From positions 1 to 62,510 of IMG/VR virus record IMGVR_UViG_3300025570_000014: 62,510 bases of DNA; one strand, 5' to 3'. The DNA comes from a virus. Lineage: Duplodnaviria; Caudoviricetes. Made by a program: the position numbers and the translations under genes. Position 1 is the stretch's first letter. Each line of letters begins with the position of its first letter. Below are positions 18,285-28,817 of the stretch, piece by piece. Below the pieces are notes generated by a model. That model worked only from the letters and a program-made list of their open reading frames with translations, was not told the origin of the DNA and searched no databases.

Positions 18285-20732
18285 TTAAAACTGATTTTGG
18301 GGGCCCGTAAAGAGGGGATTATCCTCTGTAATAGGTTCACTTAGTCTAGCTTTGGGCATAAACTGCCCTTCAACATTAGTAATCCATCCTGAACCATCTA
18401 TGGTATGGTTTATGCCTTTAATAATAAATTCTATATTATCCCTATAACTTTGGGGGAGAAATTCATCTGTGATAGTGTATTTTTGAAAAATTTTCATTCC
18501 AGAAAGACCATCCATAGTAAGAGATAATGAAATAGGAATTAAAACGGGAGATGTTAAAGAATTATCCTTTTTTATATTTTCAGAAGATCGTATTTCAAAG
18601 TATTTATTTATGGCTGTAGAAAGTTTGTAAAGATTCGCACTATAACTAAAGGTACTATTAAGCATAACTGCTATTTCTGTACTTTTTACAGTTTCAGCAT
18701 ATTTTAATCTTCTATCCTGCCTAATTTGTTCTTCTTTTGCTGTTGTTGATTCAGCAGAAGTTTTTTTATCTAAAACTATTCTGTCTGTGTATCCCCTATT
18801 CCAATTTGAAAAAGAAAAGGAATTTTGGTCTACGCTAGTGTTGTTAGCTTGAGCCCCTATTGCTATTTGGGTTGCAAAATTAGGAGGGATTGTTGAGTTT
18901 ATAGAAATATTTTTTACAAAACTACCCTTTTGAATACCTGTTATGTTTCCTTGCCCACTATTATAAAATCCTATTTGGAATTTTGAAGCTTCCTTTTCAG
19001 AATCAGGTAAAATGTTATTCGAGTTTCTTTTATTAACTATATATAAAATATTATCATCGGTATCATGGAATGGGGTTAATTCGGTTGCATTAGATAAAGA
19101 TGAATTTATTTGGGTGCACAAAGCTAGTAGAAAGTCAATTAAAGCTAAGTTTCCTGCGCTGTTTATGTTTTTATCAAGTATATTAAAAATTAAATCTATA
19201 TTTAAATGAATATGCATAAAATTATAAGTAAATTTATCATTTTTTTTATCTTTACTAGTTAAAAAATCTGATCCTAAAATCTGGTTAATTTTTTTGAAAT
19301 CAAAAGTATTTTCAAATCCTAATTCATCGGAACCTTCAAGAGAAAATTCTACTACTCCGGTTTTAAATCTAGAGGGTATTAAGCAAGTACGAGGATCTGA
19401 TGAAAATAAATCTTCAAGGGGGATAAAGCATTGATTTTCATCATATTCCCAATTTATACCTATTATAGGAGTAGAATTTTCGGTAGTATTATATAATAGA
19501 AGAAAATTTTGAATTATCCTTAATAACGCCCCAAATTTAATATAATAAAAAGCTTCGTCTGAGTTTTCTCCTTCAAGTTTTATTAATTCTTTAAGGGGTT
19601 GAGATGAAGGGGGAGAAATAATTTCATCTTTGTAGGGATTTAAATCTTCTAGGTTGGCACTTAATTTTATAGAGTCATTGGTAAGGTTAGAATTAAAATA
19701 AGATGCCTTACGTGGGGTTGGAACAACAATACCACTATATACGCCCAAATTTTCAGTTTTAAGTTCTCCAAGAGGGGAATCATCGCTTGAAAAAATAGAG
19801 ACACCATCAAGACGTTTTTTAAAGTCTCCCAATATTCTTCCTATAGTTGTTGATTCAATTTTATTTTCTATTCCCGAAGAAGGGGAATCGGGTTCTGAAC
19901 GTTTGTCACCGGGTAGATTTGTAGATATAGAAAGAGATTCTATAATATCTCCTGGGGAAAGAACTTTTACAGTTATATTATATTCCCCTTCAGGAGTAAC
20001 TTCCCAATTATAATTGAGCACTCTACCTAACATACCATCATAGTTACCTGAGGAATCTGATCTAGTTTGTTTTATTTTATTTTGTATGTAAGTTTGAGGG
20101 TCTTCATCATTTCCACTTTTAGCTTGAAGAAACTCTTTATATACCTGGTTACCCGAGGTGACATCACTTTCGAGGGATTTATCATTTTTAAAATATATAG
20201 TGTGTCCCCATTCTAAAAGTAAAGTATATCCTAATCTCAAGTAAAGAGCTTCAATATGATTAAATTGTTGTACGTTATAGCATTTAATTTTAATTTCTCC
20301 TTCTATTAAAGAACCATTATTTTTAGGTTTAATATTAAAAGAAGTAACACCTGGGAGTGGAGTTAAGCCATAATTTGCAGTTGAATCAAATCCATAGGAA
20401 GCATTTTTTAATATAGAATCAGTATAATTGTCTACAATTCCTCCTTTAGGTTTTGAAGAAGTTGTAGTATTATTGGCCCCCCCAAATAAAACATATCTCT
20501 CAGCTAACCCAGATCCCTCAGGAATTCCACCTTTTCCGATGGGGGTGCCGGGGAGGTTGTTAAGTCTAGTTTGGTCTATGTTAACTCCTGATGTTAGGCG
20601 TAACCAACTATCTTTACTTGTAGTATATGAAATAAGTTCGTTATCGTAAGTAGTAGATCCTAATTTTTCTTGTCTAACTTTTATTTGTTTATCTACAAAA
20701 GGAGCGAAATTTTCACCTATAATTTTCCCCAT
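18285..20732 (-). CDS. Putative baseplate hub / tail-associated protein (815 aa)
   Basis: Follows the LysM/gp53-like gene; LRLGYTLLLEWG, GNYDGMLG.V.NY.W and C-terminal LSLTMDGLSG...F.IKGINHTI..SGW.T.V resemble contractile-tail hub proteins. Confidence 0.55.
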   Translation of the reverse strand: MGKIIGENFAPFVDKQIKVRQEKLGSTTYDNELISYTTSKDSWLRLTSGVNIDQTRLNNLPGTPIGKGGIPEGSGLAERYVLFGGANNTTTSSKPKGGIVDNYTDSILKNASYGFDSTANYGLTPLPGVTSFNIKPKNNGSLIEGEIKIKCYNVQQFNHIEALYLRLGYTLLLEWGHTIYFKNDKSLESDVTSGNQVYKEFLQAKSGNDEDPQTYIQNKIKQTRSDSSGNYDGMLGRVLNYNWEVTPEGEYNITVKVLSPGDIIESLSISTNLPGDKRSEPDSPSSGIENKIESTTIGRILGDFKKRLDGVSIFSSDDSPLGELKTENLGVYSGIVVPTPRKASYFNSNLTNDSIKLSANLEDLNPYKDEIISPPSSQPLKELIKLEGENSDEAFYYIKFGALLRIIQNFLLLYNTTENSTPIIGINWEYDENQCFIPLEDLFSSDPRTCLIPSRFKTGVVEFSLEGSDELGFENTFDFKKINQILGSDFLTSKDKKNDKFTYNFMHIHLNIDLIFNILDKNINSAGNLALIDFLLALCTQINSSLSNATELTPFHDTDDNILYIVNKRNSNNILPDSEKEASKFQIGFYNSGQGNITGIQKGSFVKNISINSTIPPNFATQIAIGAQANNTSVDQNSFSFSNWNRGYTDRIVLDKKTSAESTTAKEEQIRQDRRLKYAETVKSTEIAVMLNSTFSYSANLYKLSTAINKYFEIRSSENIKKDNSLTSPVLIPISLSLTMDGLSGMKIFQKYTITDEFLPQSYRDNIEFIIKGINHTIDGSGWITNVEGQFMPKARLSEPITEDNPLFTGPQNQF

Positions 20733-20735
20733 AAT

Positions 20736-21035
20736 TTATTTATTTAAAACTTTATATGCCTCTATAATATCAGAAATATTAGAGGGTATTCTTATTTGGT
20801 GGCCCAATGTAGGGTACAAACTATTAGGTTTGAATCTAGGGTTTGCGGATGATATAACCCACCATAAAGTAACATCCCCATAGTATTGATAAGCTAATAG
20901 ATCGTATCTATCCCCTTCTTCGGCTATAACGTAGAAATCATTATCGCTAAAGGGAATTTCAGGATATTTTACATTAGCTCTATATCTTTTCCCTACAGGA
21001 GTACGAAATATGGGAATATTATTATATCTATTCAT
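20736..21035 (-). CDS. LysM-like baseplate wedge protein (gp53 / tail-X-like)
   Basis: EEGDRYDLLAYQYYGDVTLWWVISSANP...GHQIRIP. Confidence 0.8.
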   Translation of the reverse strand: MNRYNNIPIFRTPVGKRYRANVKYPEIPFSDNDFYVIAEEGDRYDLLAYQYYGDVTLWWVISSANPRFKPNSLYPTLGHQIRIPSNISDIIEAYKVLNK

Positions 21036-22708
21036 TATTGATATGAAATAAATTTGCTATCACTGCTTACTAATCCTTTACTATTATCAGTTATTGGAGT
21101 AAAATTAAACCCACTTACTTTAATGGATTTTGGGAGTTGTTTCCCCTTATCTATATCAAACCCAGCTTCAAATATTGGAGATAATGTAAAACCAGTTACA
21201 ATTCCGGGTACGTCATTCAAATAATCTCCAAATGTCAATTTAACAAAATTTCCACGTATATAACCGCTATTACTGTAGTTAGGGGCTAAATTTTGTATTA
21301 ATTTATTTAATTTAGCATAAATAGGAATTATTTGATTTGGATTTTCGGCTACTATTGTAAAGTCTAAATTTATTGCCCTACTAAACCCCTTATACTTATA
21401 TGAAGGATATCCTCTACCGGTATAAGTGTATTCATCATATTGGGCTCCTATAGAATCTGAGAAGTTGTCTACATAAGCTTGCCAGTAAAGGTATTCGTTA
21501 TCAGAGGGGTTATCAGGGTTAAGAAGATTTAAATAAAATTTAAATAATTGGGATTCTCCAAGTTCTTCTGCGCTTGACCCACTACTAACATTTAATAAGT
21601 TGGTATTTGTTGCACTAAATTTATCCCCTGTGTAAGTATATTGTTTACTCCCACTTACAGGAGATGCTAAGTTACCATACTTTCTAAGTATAAAATCTGG
21701 GTTGGATTGATATGAACGTTGGGTATAACTAGTGACAGAGTCATTAGTTAACTCATTAGGAGAGTTTGGATGGTATTCAATAGAGCTTCCATCAGGTTTT
21801 TTGTATGCCGTAGTAAGTGTTACAATAGAGCCAGAATTAACTACCCCCTTAGGAAAGTTTTCAGCACTATTGTATGTGCCTGCTTCAATTCCCTTTAAAG
21901 TAATTGGACCTAAAGGTGTATTAATTTCTTGTTCTTTAGAAGAGTAATTAGTATTAAAATAAGTTTGAGCTGCTGATACTTTGTTGAAGGAATTGTCTAA
22001 AAAAGATCCAGTAGTCCACCCGTATTCATTTTTGCCTGTAGTATAGGTTGCTCTTTTAGTTATAGTCTTACCTACACCTAATGTGGATCCCGGCCCCCCA
22101 CTATAAGATAGTATATTAAGGTCACTAGAAGCAACTAGAGGGTTTTTAGGAAATAGTGAACCTAAAATTTTAGTATCATATAAAGATACTAATCTATTAT
22201 TACTACTATCTCCTAATTGATTATTTTGGTCGTGGACCGCTTGTTCATATCTAATAAGACCCCCTCCAGGGAATAACCCTCCTTCAACTATCCCAGCCAT
22301 GGGAGAAGTTGGATCCAAGCCTAATAAATTTAAATGAGTGCCTCCAAATCCAGCCACAACTTGAGCTAGGGTAGAAGAGGGAACATAAACTCCTTGATTA
22401 ATGGTACCTGCAGCGTAAGCAGGGCCGGTAGTTGCTTCTGTTTTTACTGATGTTCTAGATAGAAGATTAGTAGTAGTTGTAAAGTTAAGACCTTTAGTAG
22501 TAGAAAAAAGTAATTTAGTTAATCTTGAAACATCTTCAACTCCTCTTCCGATAGCTCCTTGGCGTAGGAGAAAGTCGTTAGAAGCCCCAGGAGTTTCCCC
22601 TTCCGGAATAGGTTCTGTAATAAAAGGTTCTTTACTACTACCCCCACCAGGGCGATCCTTTCCATAGGTTAGAGACTTAAGGTCTGTTTTAAGATCAATT
22701 AAGGGCAT
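21035..22708 (-). CDS. Putative baseplate tail-tube initiator protein
   Basis: Between tape measure and LysM genes; C-terminal AYVDNFSDS..A......Y.GRG...Y.Y.GFSR.I.L.F...KLTFGDY..DVPG tube-like domain. Confidence 0.55.
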   Translation of the reverse strand: MPLIDLKTDLKSLTYGKDRPGGGSSKEPFITEPIPEGETPGASNDFLLRQGAIGRGVEDVSRLTKLLFSTTKGLNFTTTTNLLSRTSVKTEATTGPAYAAGTINQGVYVPSSTLAQVVAGFGGTHLNLLGLDPTSPMAGIVEGGLFPGGGLIRYEQAVHDQNNQLGDSSNNRLVSLYDTKILGSLFPKNPLVASSDLNILSYSGGPGSTLGVGKTITKRATYTTGKNEYGWTTGSFLDNSFNKVSAAQTYFNTNYSSKEQEINTPLGPITLKGIEAGTYNSAENFPKGVVNSGSIVTLTTAYKKPDGSSIEYHPNSPNELTNDSVTSYTQRSYQSNPDFILRKYGNLASPVSGSKQYTYTGDKFSATNTNLLNVSSGSSAEELGESQLFKFYLNLLNPDNPSDNEYLYWQAYVDNFSDSIGAQYDEYTYTGRGYPSYKYKGFSRAINLDFTIVAENPNQIIPIYAKLNKLIQNLAPNYSNSGYIRGNFVKLTFGDYLNDVPGIVTGFTLSPIFEAGFDIDKGKQLPKSIKVSGFNFTPITDNSKGLVSSDSKFISYQ

Positions 22709-22711
22709 CTA

Positions 22712-22942
22712 TTAGAATGATCTATTTTCAGGAGCGTTATCCCTATAATTATCTGCAGGAGTAATGCCTCGCAAACCTAGAGAGGTTGGAGAGGGTAAAC
22801 TAGGTAATTTAGGATTAGCATTTAAAGAATACTCATCATGGAGTTTTGATAAATTAGTTCCAAAAAATGAGCCTGCAGGAACCGTTGGGGGTCTACTTGC
22901 AAGATCAGAAGGTGATGTGTTGTATAGGTTAATAATTGACAT
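22712..22942 (-). CDS. Small hypothetical protein
   Basis: Own late motif at 22958-22964. Confidence 0.6.
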   Translation of the reverse strand: MSIINLYNTSPSDLASRPPTVPAGSFFGTNLSKLHDEYSLNANPKLPSLPSPTSLGLRGITPADNYRDNAPENRSF

Positions 22943-22969
22943 GATTGTGATTTTGTTATAAATATTAAA

Positions 22970-25108
22970 TTATTGTAATTTATAAGATCCTACTGTTAAG
23001 GCAGTTCCTACTTTTGTACCATCCAATGTAACCGTACCCTCTTTACCTAAAATAGCATTTAAGGTAGCATTCATTTTATTCATTTGTTCTACTAAAGGAG
23101 CTATGTTTATTGAGGTAGGAGAACTTTCAGTATTGTTATTATTATTAGTAACAGTTTCAGTATTGTTATTATTTGTAATAGTTTCAGTTATACCCATTTG
23201 TGGGGGTGATACTATATCATCTCCCATTTTTAAATCAGTACCTGCTACTATAGTATCTTTATCATTTAGGGAAATTGCACCTTCAGGACCAAATAAGGTA
23301 CGTTTACCGTATCCTGATCCTCCTTGTGATGGAGAGATAATATCGTCTCCCTGGAATGTGCCTAAAAGTGCTGCTGTTGCTAATCCCGCAGTGGCTGCCA
23401 TAGCAATTGCAGCTATAGGACCAAAGAAAATTCCTGTTAAAGCTCCTGCAAAAACAGCGGCAGCTATAGCAGAAAATTCTAATATTCCTGCCAATTTTTC
23501 AGCAGCACCCGCTAATCTTTGTTGGACCGATAATGCTGTAGCTGCTTCTTCTGCTCCTTCGGCAGTTCGTTCCGTAAATTTATCTGCTTCTGATGATATG
23601 CTTTCTTGAGTTCTAAGAGAATTAGCTAATTCATCAGCAGTTAATCCAACAGCATCCGCTAACGCTTGTTGTTGAATTACATTCATAGCTTGGAATTCAG
23701 CAGCACTACCTACTTGTTTAGCTATTTCAGCGGCCGCTCCTGCTGTATCTCCATTTAATGCTAGTAATCTAGCTTGTTCAAGATTAAGTTGTTTACCAGT
23801 TAAAAGTTCAGCTTGCATTTCAGCTTCAATACTTGATTCAAAATCAAGTAACTTTCCAGCCATTTTAGCAGTTTGCTCTACTTCTAAACCTAAAGCAGTT
23901 GCTTGAGCTACCGCTTTAACTAAACCTCCAGGGGTTTTTTCTAGGTTTAGTCTTAGGGCTCCTGATATTTTGTTAGCTTTATCTAAAGCGGCATTTGTGT
24001 TTAAGTTAACTTTTAAGGTTTTTTCAGCTGCTACTAAAGATTCTAATTGGTAATTTTTTATACTTTCTAAAGAACGACCCGTAGCTAATGCTTCTTTAGT
24101 AACATTACCTAAAGCTTCTTCAGACATATTAAATCTTTCTCTTAAAAAGGTAGCAGATACTAGTAAATCTTCATCAAATATTATAGCAGTACCTCCTAAT
24201 GATGAGTTTAAATCATTAACGGATTTAGTAAGGGTATCAACATTAACTCCTATTTTGTTGCTCGTGAAAGCGGTCATAGCAAGTTTATCATTTAGGTTAG
24301 TAGCTTCACCAGCACTTAATCCTAAATTTTTTCTTAAACCTACTACTCTAGTATCTATTTTTTTAAGAGCTTGGGAACTTTTAACTAAAAGAGCAGTAAA
24401 TATATCAGTGGGTTTAATGTTTGATAATAAGTTTTTACCTATTTGTTTAATAAAAAATCCTAATTTTTTAGAATTTGAAATTTCCTTACTACTTATTTTT
24501 AATCTACGACTCATAACATCTGTCATACGAGATGTTTGATTAGTAGCCCCCTCTATATCTAAAATAGAAGATAATTTTCCAGACTTATCAAAGTTTTTTA
24601 GAATTCCATTTAACCCCCCCGTAAGTTTTCCTACAAGGCCTAAAGATTTACCTCTTTCATCATTTTGTTCTTCTAAATCCTTTAAAATTTTACGTTCTAA
24701 CTTAATTTGATTTTGAAGTTCTACTGTAAGTTCTTCGCTTATTCCTACTCCATTCATCTGAAGTAAATTAATACGGGATTGGAGTGCTACTATGTTTTGT
24801 TCGCTTTTTTCTCTAATAGAAAGAATTTCTTTACTTATATCTTGACCTTTGTTTATCTTTCTTTGAAGATCAAGTTGAGTATCCAGGCTACTGACTATTC
24901 CCTTAACGGATTTAGTTAAATCCCTTTCATAAGTTTTAGCTATTTTTTGGCTAATTTTATCTAACCCTTGAGCAGAGTCAATAGCATCCGTAATAGCATC
25001 CGTAATAGTAACACCTAATGAAGAAAAGGCATCAATTAAAAAAGTGGTTTCTTGAGTTAATTTTTGAGTTTCTTCTCTAGCTCTATTGATGTCGTCTCCT
25101 GCTGCCAT
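22970..25108 (-). CDS. Tape measure protein (712 aa)
   Basis: Ala/Leu/Gln-rich helical protein with a hydrophobic C-proximal stretch, directly downstream of the tube and chaperone genes. Confidence 0.75.
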   Translation of the reverse strand: MAAGDDINRAREETQKLTQETTFLIDAFSSLGVTITDAITDAIDSAQGLDKISQKIAKTYERDLTKSVKGIVSSLDTQLDLQRKINKGQDISKEILSIREKSEQNIVALQSRINLLQMNGVGISEELTVELQNQIKLERKILKDLEEQNDERGKSLGLVGKLTGGLNGILKNFDKSGKLSSILDIEGATNQTSRMTDVMSRRLKISSKEISNSKKLGFFIKQIGKNLLSNIKPTDIFTALLVKSSQALKKIDTRVVGLRKNLGLSAGEATNLNDKLAMTAFTSNKIGVNVDTLTKSVNDLNSSLGGTAIIFDEDLLVSATFLRERFNMSEEALGNVTKEALATGRSLESIKNYQLESLVAAEKTLKVNLNTNAALDKANKISGALRLNLEKTPGGLVKAVAQATALGLEVEQTAKMAGKLLDFESSIEAEMQAELLTGKQLNLEQARLLALNGDTAGAAAEIAKQVGSAAEFQAMNVIQQQALADAVGLTADELANSLRTQESISSEADKFTERTAEGAEEAATALSVQQRLAGAAEKLAGILEFSAIAAAVFAGALTGIFFGPIAAIAMAATAGLATAALLGTFQGDDIISPSQGGSGYGKRTLFGPEGAISLNDKDTIVAGTDLKMGDDIVSPPQMGITETITNNNNTETVTNNNNNTESSPTSINIAPLVEQMNKMNATLNAILGKEGTVTLDGTKVGTALTVGSYKLQ

Positions 25109-25145
25109 GTTAAGGATTTATTATAAATATTTAAAAATAAAACCT

Positions 25146-25472
25146 TTATCGATATGTGGTTCGTTTTAAATGTTCTGGGGATTTGACCTTTCCAGATGAA
25201 TCTATTACTGTGGTTTGGTTAGGGGTTTTAGATTGGGATTCTTTAGCATTGTTAGATTTTTGATTATAATAATCTTTAATTTGCTCAAAAGTAAATTTTT
25301 TAAGCCATAAGGGCATATTATACACAGTTTCCCAATCATATCCCCCTTGCCCATGAAATACTATTTCATGTATTTGAGTAAATGTAGACTTTCTTAAATA
25401 AGCTGCCTTACTCGAAGTCAGGATAAAAAAAGCGGATACCAATTGGGAGGGGGAAAGAATCCCCTCCATCAT
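25146..25472 (-). CDS. Tail assembly chaperone C-terminal extension (probably reached by frameshift from 25408..26142)
   Basis: Overlaps the upstream gene in the +1 frame across T7 runs; QIHEIVFHGQGGYDWETVYNMPLWLK. Confidence 0.6.
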   Translation of the reverse strand: MMEGILSPSQLVSAFFILTSSKAAYLRKSTFTQIHEIVFHGQGGYDWETVYNMPLWLKKFTFEQIKDYYNQKSNNAKESQSKTPNQTTVIDSSGKVKSPEHLKRTTYR

Positions 25473-26142
25473 CGGGAAAAAAAGTTAAATCAACGTCGGG
25501 TTGAAATTCAAGAACATATTTTCTAAAAGCTCTGGCATCTTTAGCTAGTAAGTAATTATCTACAAATTCTCTTATATCCTTAGGTTCCCTACTTTCCCCT
25601 ACTGAAGTAATGATATACTTTAATCTTGTAGAACCATCGGGATTAGATTGGTTTAGTTTTTTAATACCTGCAAGTTCTTTTTGGATTTTTTTCTCATCAC
25701 CATGGGATAGTAATTTAAAAGTGATGTCGGTATCTGTATGAGGTAAGGTATAACTAAATTCATTTACTCCGGAGGTAAAAAGAGATTCATCGAAGGGTTT
25801 ATTTTCAATTTGGGTAAGATCTACAATATGAGTAGTATCTCCTACAGTAAACTCATAGTCTTTACCATACCCCAATACACGTGCTGCTATTAAAATTGCG
25901 TTTTTATCCCCAATTAATAAGTCATCATACTTAATACTTGAAACTATTAAAGATTGAAGAAGTTTATCAATTACTGTTCCGTTTTTAATGTAAGCAGAGT
26001 TGGTTAAAATATCTTCTTCCCTAGCAGTCATATACTTCATTTCTATGGTTCCGGAAGAAAGGGGGTTGTCTTTTGGGTATAAAAGACCTTTTGAAGGGAG
26101 TTCTACAGTTTCTGTAGGTAACTTTAGGTTGTCGAGTGCCAT
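25408..26142 (-). CDS. gp26-like baseplate hub assembly protein / tail assembly chaperone
   Basis: TVELPSKGLLY, MKYMTAREEDILT, LLIGDKNAILIAARVLGYG; located between tube and tape measure genes. Confidence 0.7.
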   Translation of the reverse strand: MALDNLKLPTETVELPSKGLLYPKDNPLSSGTIEMKYMTAREEDILTNSAYIKNGTVIDKLLQSLIVSSIKYDDLLIGDKNAILIAARVLGYGKDYEFTVGDTTHIVDLTQIENKPFDESLFTSGVNEFSYTLPHTDTDITFKLLSHGDEKKIQKELAGIKKLNQSNPDGSTRLKYIITSVGESREPKDIREFVDNYLLAKDARAFRKYVLEFQPDVDLTFFPDDGGDSFPLPIGIRFFYPDFE

Positions 26143-26182
26143 TATGGATAACTATTTGTTTGATATAAATATATAATAAAAT

Positions 26183-26210
26183 AAAAAGAGCGCACTTTCG
26201 TACGCTCTTT
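26183..26210 (-). terminator. Intrinsic terminator after the tail tube gene
   Basis: RNA AAAGAGCGUAC-GAAA-GUGCGCUCUUU followed by a U-rich tail. Confidence 0.85.
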
Positions 26211-26231
26211 CTTTATATTTTGTATTTTGTA

Positions 26232-26717
26232 TTAGAAATTCAATACACAGTAATCAGGTTGTACTGTCATTGAGATTTCAACAGCACCCTCACTATCGTA
26301 ATTGTAATCACCAAATGTTGCTTCGGTAATTATAGCTCCTTTAATGATCCATTCTGAGACTACATCACCTACAGGACCCAAGACATTTACTGTCATATCC
26401 TTTTTATAGAAATCAGAATAACCATCTCGGCCTGTTACTGATTCGTGGTGTAATCTTACCCATTCCATTACTGATTGAGCTCCAGAAGGAGTAATTGCAT
26501 CAAATAATGTCATTGATATGGTACCCCAAGTGGTTTTGCCTTTTACAAACCTTTGAACGTTAATGTGATTCAAAGGAATTGTTGCTTGGGATACTGAAAC
26601 TGCTCCTAATCCTTTAATAAGGTAAGCGGGAAATCCATCTACATACAAAACAAATCTATTTTGTTGTTTTGGTTCAAACGGGGTGAAAAATATTTCGTTG
26701 GGATCTAATACTGCCAT
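26232..26717 (-). CDS. gp19: Tail tube protein (T4 gp19-like)
   Basis: FEPKQQNRF, KGKTTWGTISMTLFD, EWVRLHHESVTGRDGY, LGPVGDVVSEWIIKGA; follows the sheath gene. Confidence 0.9.
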   Translation of the reverse strand: MAVLDPNEIFFTPFEPKQQNRFVLYVDGFPAYLIKGLGAVSVSQATIPLNHINVQRFVKGKTTWGTISMTLFDAITPSGAQSVMEWVRLHHESVTGRDGYSDFYKKDMTVNVLGPVGDVVSEWIIKGAIITEATFGDYNYDSEGAVEISMTVQPDYCVLNF

Positions 26718-26757
26718 TGTCGTGTTTTGTTATAAATATTACAAATTCAATTTCTTA

Positions 26758-28473
26758 TTATGCGGGGAATTCAGCTCCTGTTGGCAATACGTTGAAATCG
26801 AGGATTATAAATTCTGCTGTTCTGGTTGGCTGTAAGAATATCTGGCCTACCATTTGATTTCTATCGATTACATCAGGAGTGTTATTAGACGCATCCATTA
26901 CTACCTTAAAGGCATATACACCTTGTCTTTGTTGCACACTTTCCATGTATGGATTTACTTGGGCTAAGAAGTTATTTCTAGTAGCTGCAGTATTTTGTTC
27001 AAATACTAAGTTGTTAGCAACTTGACCAATATAGCTCTTAAGGGCAATTAATAACCTTCTAACATTTACACGATCAAGTGCAGATGCTTTCTTTTGTAAT
27101 GTCTTTTGTCCAAATACTACTGTTCCGGTTGCAGGGAAATTAGCAATTGGGTTTACATTGCTCTCGTACAAAGTATCTCTTTGTGATCTTTGTAATTTTC
27201 TTTCAGGACGGATTACTTGAGATAAACCTCCTCTATTAATACCTGCAGGTGCAAACCACGGTTCAGAAGCATTGTCATTAAAGGCATATACACCTGGGAT
27301 TAATGTTGATGCTGGAACCCAATTAGTTTTTCCTGTATTAGGATTAATAATCTGACACCAAGGCCAGTATGAAGCTGCATAGCTAGAGTTAATGCCTGAA
27401 GTTTGGTTTGTGGTAGAAGTAATAGTAGATCCATATTTTGTAAGATCAACTACAGCGATCGCATCTCCTCTATTTTGAGTATTAGCTATTAATGTGTTTA
27501 ATACGCCAGTATGTGCTGCTATACCGTGGAACAATCCAGGAGCGGTGATTACGTTGTATTGGTATTCGTCGTTGTTAGTTAACAAACTAAATGCGTCGCT
27601 ATAATCCTCAGCTCTTAAGCCTTGAGTATTAGTATCAATTTTTTCATTAAATAAAGCTTGTTCACTGCCTGTTAATTCACCTAAGCCTTGTAAGAAAGAT
27701 CCACTTGCAACTACAGGGATAGATTCTTCATAAGCAACACTTGCAGCGGACCCTGTGTTATTAAAGAAATTAGGGGTAGGTTGCAATACTTCACTTACAT
27801 AAACATAATTACTTTTATTAGGATAAGATCCAGTTACTTGTAAATACTTATTTCCATCACTATCAGATAGGAGTTGTTGAGAACTGTCACCTATTACTTT
27901 AGCTACATAATTATCTTGGAAAGGATCTAATGATACTCCGGCATAAGTTTCTAATACAGATTTGTCGTTGGTTAAATCGTTACCCTGTCTAATTAAAAGA
28001 TTAAAAGTTCCAGATCCTGTGTCTGAAAAAGATACTTCCCATCTTACATTGCTATCAGTTCCATTTGGTAAATCCCCATCATTTCCTTCAACTCCCCCAC
28101 CACTATTCATAATAGTACCTTCAGAAATAGTTTTAAGTATAAGAGATGTAGATGAGTCTCCGTCAATCCTGGATTCAGCAGACGTAAATGAACCTGTTAC
28201 AACTCTAGTTACCAACAAAGTATTACCTCCGTTTTGGAAGTAATTATATGCTGATACCGCTGTTAAATGGGAATAAACTTGCCCACCACTTACAAAAGTT
28301 GAGCCAAATCTATTTTGGTATTCACTATAAGAAGTAACTATAGTTGGGATTTCAACAGGGCCTAAAACAGTAGGGCCTACAATTGCAGCTCCTACTTCTA
28401 CAGGTTGTTGTGTGATAAATGACTGGTCGTTTTCTCTTGTGAATACTCCAGGTGATACTATTTGTTCTGCCAT
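26758..28473 (-). CDS. gp18: Tail sheath protein (T4 gp18-like)
   Basis: SPGVFTREND, WFAPAGINRGGL, FGQKTLQ, LDRVNVRRLL, VFEQN, QPTRTAEFIILDF. Confidence 0.95.
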   Translation of the reverse strand: MAEQIVSPGVFTRENDQSFITQQPVEVGAAIVGPTVLGPVEIPTIVTSYSEYQNRFGSTFVSGGQVYSHLTAVSAYNYFQNGGNTLLVTRVVTGSFTSAESRIDGDSSTSLILKTISEGTIMNSGGGVEGNDGDLPNGTDSNVRWEVSFSDTGSGTFNLLIRQGNDLTNDKSVLETYAGVSLDPFQDNYVAKVIGDSSQQLLSDSDGNKYLQVTGSYPNKSNYVYVSEVLQPTPNFFNNTGSAASVAYEESIPVVASGSFLQGLGELTGSEQALFNEKIDTNTQGLRAEDYSDAFSLLTNNDEYQYNVITAPGLFHGIAAHTGVLNTLIANTQNRGDAIAVVDLTKYGSTITSTTNQTSGINSSYAASYWPWCQIINPNTGKTNWVPASTLIPGVYAFNDNASEPWFAPAGINRGGLSQVIRPERKLQRSQRDTLYESNVNPIANFPATGTVVFGQKTLQKKASALDRVNVRRLLIALKSYIGQVANNLVFEQNTAATRNNFLAQVNPYMESVQQRQGVYAFKVVMDASNNTPDVIDRNQMVGQIFLQPTRTAEFIILDFNVLPTGAEFPA

Positions 28474-28495
28474 TTTGATATATTGTTAAAATATT

Positions 28496-28750
28496 TTATT
28501 CCGTTTTTGAAAACATCCCCGATTCTAAATCGACGGTTCCGTTCCCATATTTTTCTGTTAAGTCTTGTCCTGTTTTTGTTTCTCTAGTTTGTAACTCACC
28601 CATAGCTTCTACTAATTGGTCTTTTTGCAACTCTAACAACTGCATTTGGTATTCTAATTGCCCAAATTGGGTAATAAGATTCTGTTGCTGGGATTGTAAC
28701 TCTTTAATAGAATTTATTTCTTCTTGAGATAGTTTAATTTGTTCACTCAT
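28496..28750 (-). CDS. Small coiled-coil hypothetical protein
   Basis: Heptad-rich, ends KYGNGTVDLESG; late motif upstream. Confidence 0.7.
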   Translation of the reverse strand: MSEQIKLSQEEINSIKELQSQQQNLITQFGQLEYQMQLLELQKDQLVEAMGELQTRETKTGQDLTEKYGNGTVDLESGMFSKTE

Positions 28751-28817
28751 TTTTGATAAATATTAAATTTTTATTGAAACTGTTTGTCATAAATATTAAC
28801 TTTTTTCTAAAAAAACA

